The notes under the pieces were generated by a model. The model worked only from the letters and a program-made list of their open reading frames with translations. It was not told the DNA's origin and ran no database searches. A stretch of DNA of 64,000 nucleotides, from the NCBI GenBank assembly GCA_964234715.1, contig OZ174278.1; one strand, written 5' to 3'. Below, piece after piece: positions 61,401 to 64,000 of the stretch. The position numbers and the translations under genes are program-made. The DNA is from Podarcis melisellensis (lineage: Eukaryota). Each line of letters opens with the position of its first letter. Within the stretch, counting starts at the first letter, position 1.

Positions 61401-63260
61401 GTATTTGTTTGTATATGTCGGTAATGTTATGAGATAATGAACATCAACTATATGTCTCTCAGGGCACTCAGAGGTTTACCCCAATTCGGGATGCACCTGA
61501 GTACTTCCTACTCATCTGTCTATGCCCCAAACAACTACAATTTCTGTTATACAAATATTATTGGTCCCATCAGAGCTGTGGAGAAAGCTTTGGAATTGCA
61601 ATACCAGGACAAAATGCAAGATGAAGGTCAACTAAAATAAGAGAACAAAAGCATCCAGATCAGAATGTTCTGATCCACATTTATTGTCCAATATATTAGA
61701 TACCTATTTTCTTAATTTAAATGTTATCCCATAAATCAGTGTGCTAAACAGCTTCCCCCAAACCAGCATGAGTCACAGGATCCAAGCCTGTGCTTCATTT
61801 GAGTAGCTAAAACCTGCTCAATCCCTGCCCTAAAACTAGAAGTAGAATATGTGTCCTTTTCTCAATCCACAGATGTGCTGGAGTGAAATAATTCAAAACA
61901 GCTTGAGCTGCGCACATTGCCAACTACTGAAAACCAACTGTGCATTTCCATTTCGTAGAATGATGCCTGCTCCTGGCTTGATCACGCTAAGCCTCCTTAG
62001 GCTACCTAGTGCAGCATCACTTTGAGCACAACAGTGGCATCAAACAATGGAAGTAATTCTCAATCCGATTTATTCTCATGCCTCCCAAAATGAAAACAAA
62101 TGTGAAATTAGAGAGAAGCAGTAATCTTCAACCACATGTCGCTGTGTGATTCGCAAGGAGGCAACTGTCATCTCAGGAACACATCAGCTGTTGTTTGTAA
62201 TACAGAGGCAAGGAAAAATATGTGAGGAAGGCAAAATGCCAGATACTATTATTACATTGCCTATTGCTACTAAAATGCACTGGATATTTTGACCCAGTGC
62301 AACTGGGACAGATCTAGATATACCAGATAAAATGCTGCGCAGCATCAGAAAATAAGTATAATTTTAAAAGTTATATGGTTCCTATACATGAAGAAGGAGT
62401 AAGTTATCTGATTCCACATAGTCTAGCATTTTAGAATTGAAATTGCATACTTTGGGTTCAACTGAAGTCAAATACCGCCATCACAGTTGCACATAACAAA
62501 AAGCTGGAAAAATGGGCCCCTAATCAGCATATATTTCTCTATAGCTAATAAAAGTGCATATGGTGCTACAATGCAATCACATTTTTAAACAATAATTATC
62601 CAATCTGTTTTCCATTTGTTCAACTTTGTAAGACATCAAAACAAACTTCCTTGAATATTCACAGTCCAATTATAGAAAAGCCTGAAGAGATGTTGAGCAA
62701 CACTGAAGCGCGTGAAATGGCTGCCATAAGGAGAAGGGGGGGAGAGGATGAAGTAAGATAATGGCCATCATTGCAAACTTTAACTTGCATTGTAAATTAG
62801 GAGTGAAGCCAGACTGACATTGAATTGTGGGAAGGGGTAGTGGCTTGAACACACATTCTCTGTTCTGAAAATAAGTGCCTCAGATACCTTTCAGATGCTG
62901 AAATTAGCATATAGGGCCTGGGGGCTGGAAAAAAAATAACAATGGTAGGTTCTGCTCTCACATGATATACATGTTCATTTGAAATGTCCTCTGCACATAA
63001 GCTTTTGTACATAGAGAGCTTCATCTGTGAAATCAGTAATCCTAGAAAAACAAGATTCTAGATTACAGACTCAGAGGGGTCTGCACAGGGGCTTTCTTCA
63101 GACCTTCATATCAATGCATGTAGCTTAGGGTGGAATCTGCTTTTACTGCAATTCCACTCTCCACTCCACATGTATTCAATGGATGTTTTAAAAGGAAATT
63201 CCAATGCAGAAGACAGGAAGGATCTATCCAATGAACTATCTGACTATCTATGTATCAATC

Positions 63261-63261
<1 letters not shown>

Positions 63262-63299
<38 letters not shown>
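63262..63299. repeat. (AACT)n microsatellite
   Basis: Seen directly. Confidence 0.95.
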
Positions 63300-63655
63300 G
63301 AACAATTGAGTATTTTTTGCCCCAACAGAACATTCACCTCTGACAGTACTTTAAACATGTAATGTCTACCGTTGCCCTATGATACTCTTAACTCTGATGC
63401 TAACCACAGCAAATATTAATATTGTGAAATGATAGCAGCAAACACAGTAATTTTCAATGACAATAATTTCCCTATTGTTACTGAATCATTTTCCAAATGT
63501 TAATAACTATGGGTAACTGTGAAACGTAAGTGAAACCAGATGCATGGAGACAGGTAGCATAGCAAACTAGAACCTCTTGATAGTTGCCCCAAGATGGGAA
63601 ATGTACATGTCTGGAGAGGTGCTTCCTGTATTAGAGGTTGTATGCTGCTACATAC

Positions 63656-63853
63656 TGTCAGGAGTGTGTGCAGGAGCCGGGCCCTGTGACTGGTAGGGCC
63701 TCACAACACTAGGGCCTTCCTGAGTTTGGCCTGGAAGGGCAAGGCGCGGGCACACAGGTGAGGCTTGACAGAAGACTCGTGGTACCTGGTGGCAAGGGCC
63801 GGGAGGGGTATATAAGAACAGCATTTCCCTCTGGCTCTTTACCACAGCAACAT
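63656..63853 (+). mobile_element. 5' part of an LTR (U3 with TATA box), interrupted by an L2 insertion
   Basis: Begins TGTCAGG; GC-rich; contains gggtatataagaacag (TATA at about 63809-63815) followed by a pyrimidine-rich start region; switches abruptly to L2 at about 63854. Confidence 0.6.
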
Positions 63854-64000
63854 GGTCCAGTATAACCTGAAGGAGCATCTCCACCCCCATCATTCTGCCC
63901 GGACACTGAGGTCCAGTGCCGAGGGCCTTCTGGCGGTTCCCTTGCTGTGAGAAGCCAAGTTACAGAGAACCAGGCAGGGGGCCTTCTCGGTAGTGGCACC
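63854..64000 (+). mobile_element. L2 LINE, 5'-truncated, same young family as 1-700; continues right of the window
   Basis: ggtccagtata.cctgaaggagcatctc...cggacactgaggtccag...gtgagaagccaagttaca closely matches 354-499. Confidence 0.92.

Noticed and set aside
1-64000. Host protein-coding gene, rRNA, CRISPR array or prokaryote-type operon
   Set aside because: None recognised; every identifiable peptide is TE-derived. Small host exons could be missed by eye.

Overview
AT-rich vertebrate genomic DNA, almost certainly from a squamate reptile. The mix of L2, CR1, RTE-BovB, L1/Tx1-like, Penelope and tRNA-derived SINEs points to a lacertid lizard, which is an inference from the repeats only. I found no host protein-coding exon I can recognise, so the window looks intergenic or deeply intronic. 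It is dominated by transposable-element relics, microsatellites and one 220-nt assembly gap. All recognisable peptides are TE-derived. The most notable structures are: (1) four related tyrosine-recombinase-retrotransposon-like (Ngaro/DIRS group) terminal relics. Two young copies (17413-18222, 44289-45055) share both ends but have different middles, and one carries two pieces of an SGNH-hydrolase ORF on opposite strands; both have conserved GC-rich hairpins. (2) Two short Penelope-like insertions with TSDs, each largely a hairpin, one containing a minimal hammerhead-ribozyme core. (3) A young LTR-like segment (39411-~40100) spanned by an uninterrupted 196-codon ORF with an acidic/Ser-rich body and an Arg-rich tail. 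Family assignments come from by-eye motif recognition, not database searches, and the boundaries of old repeats are approximate.
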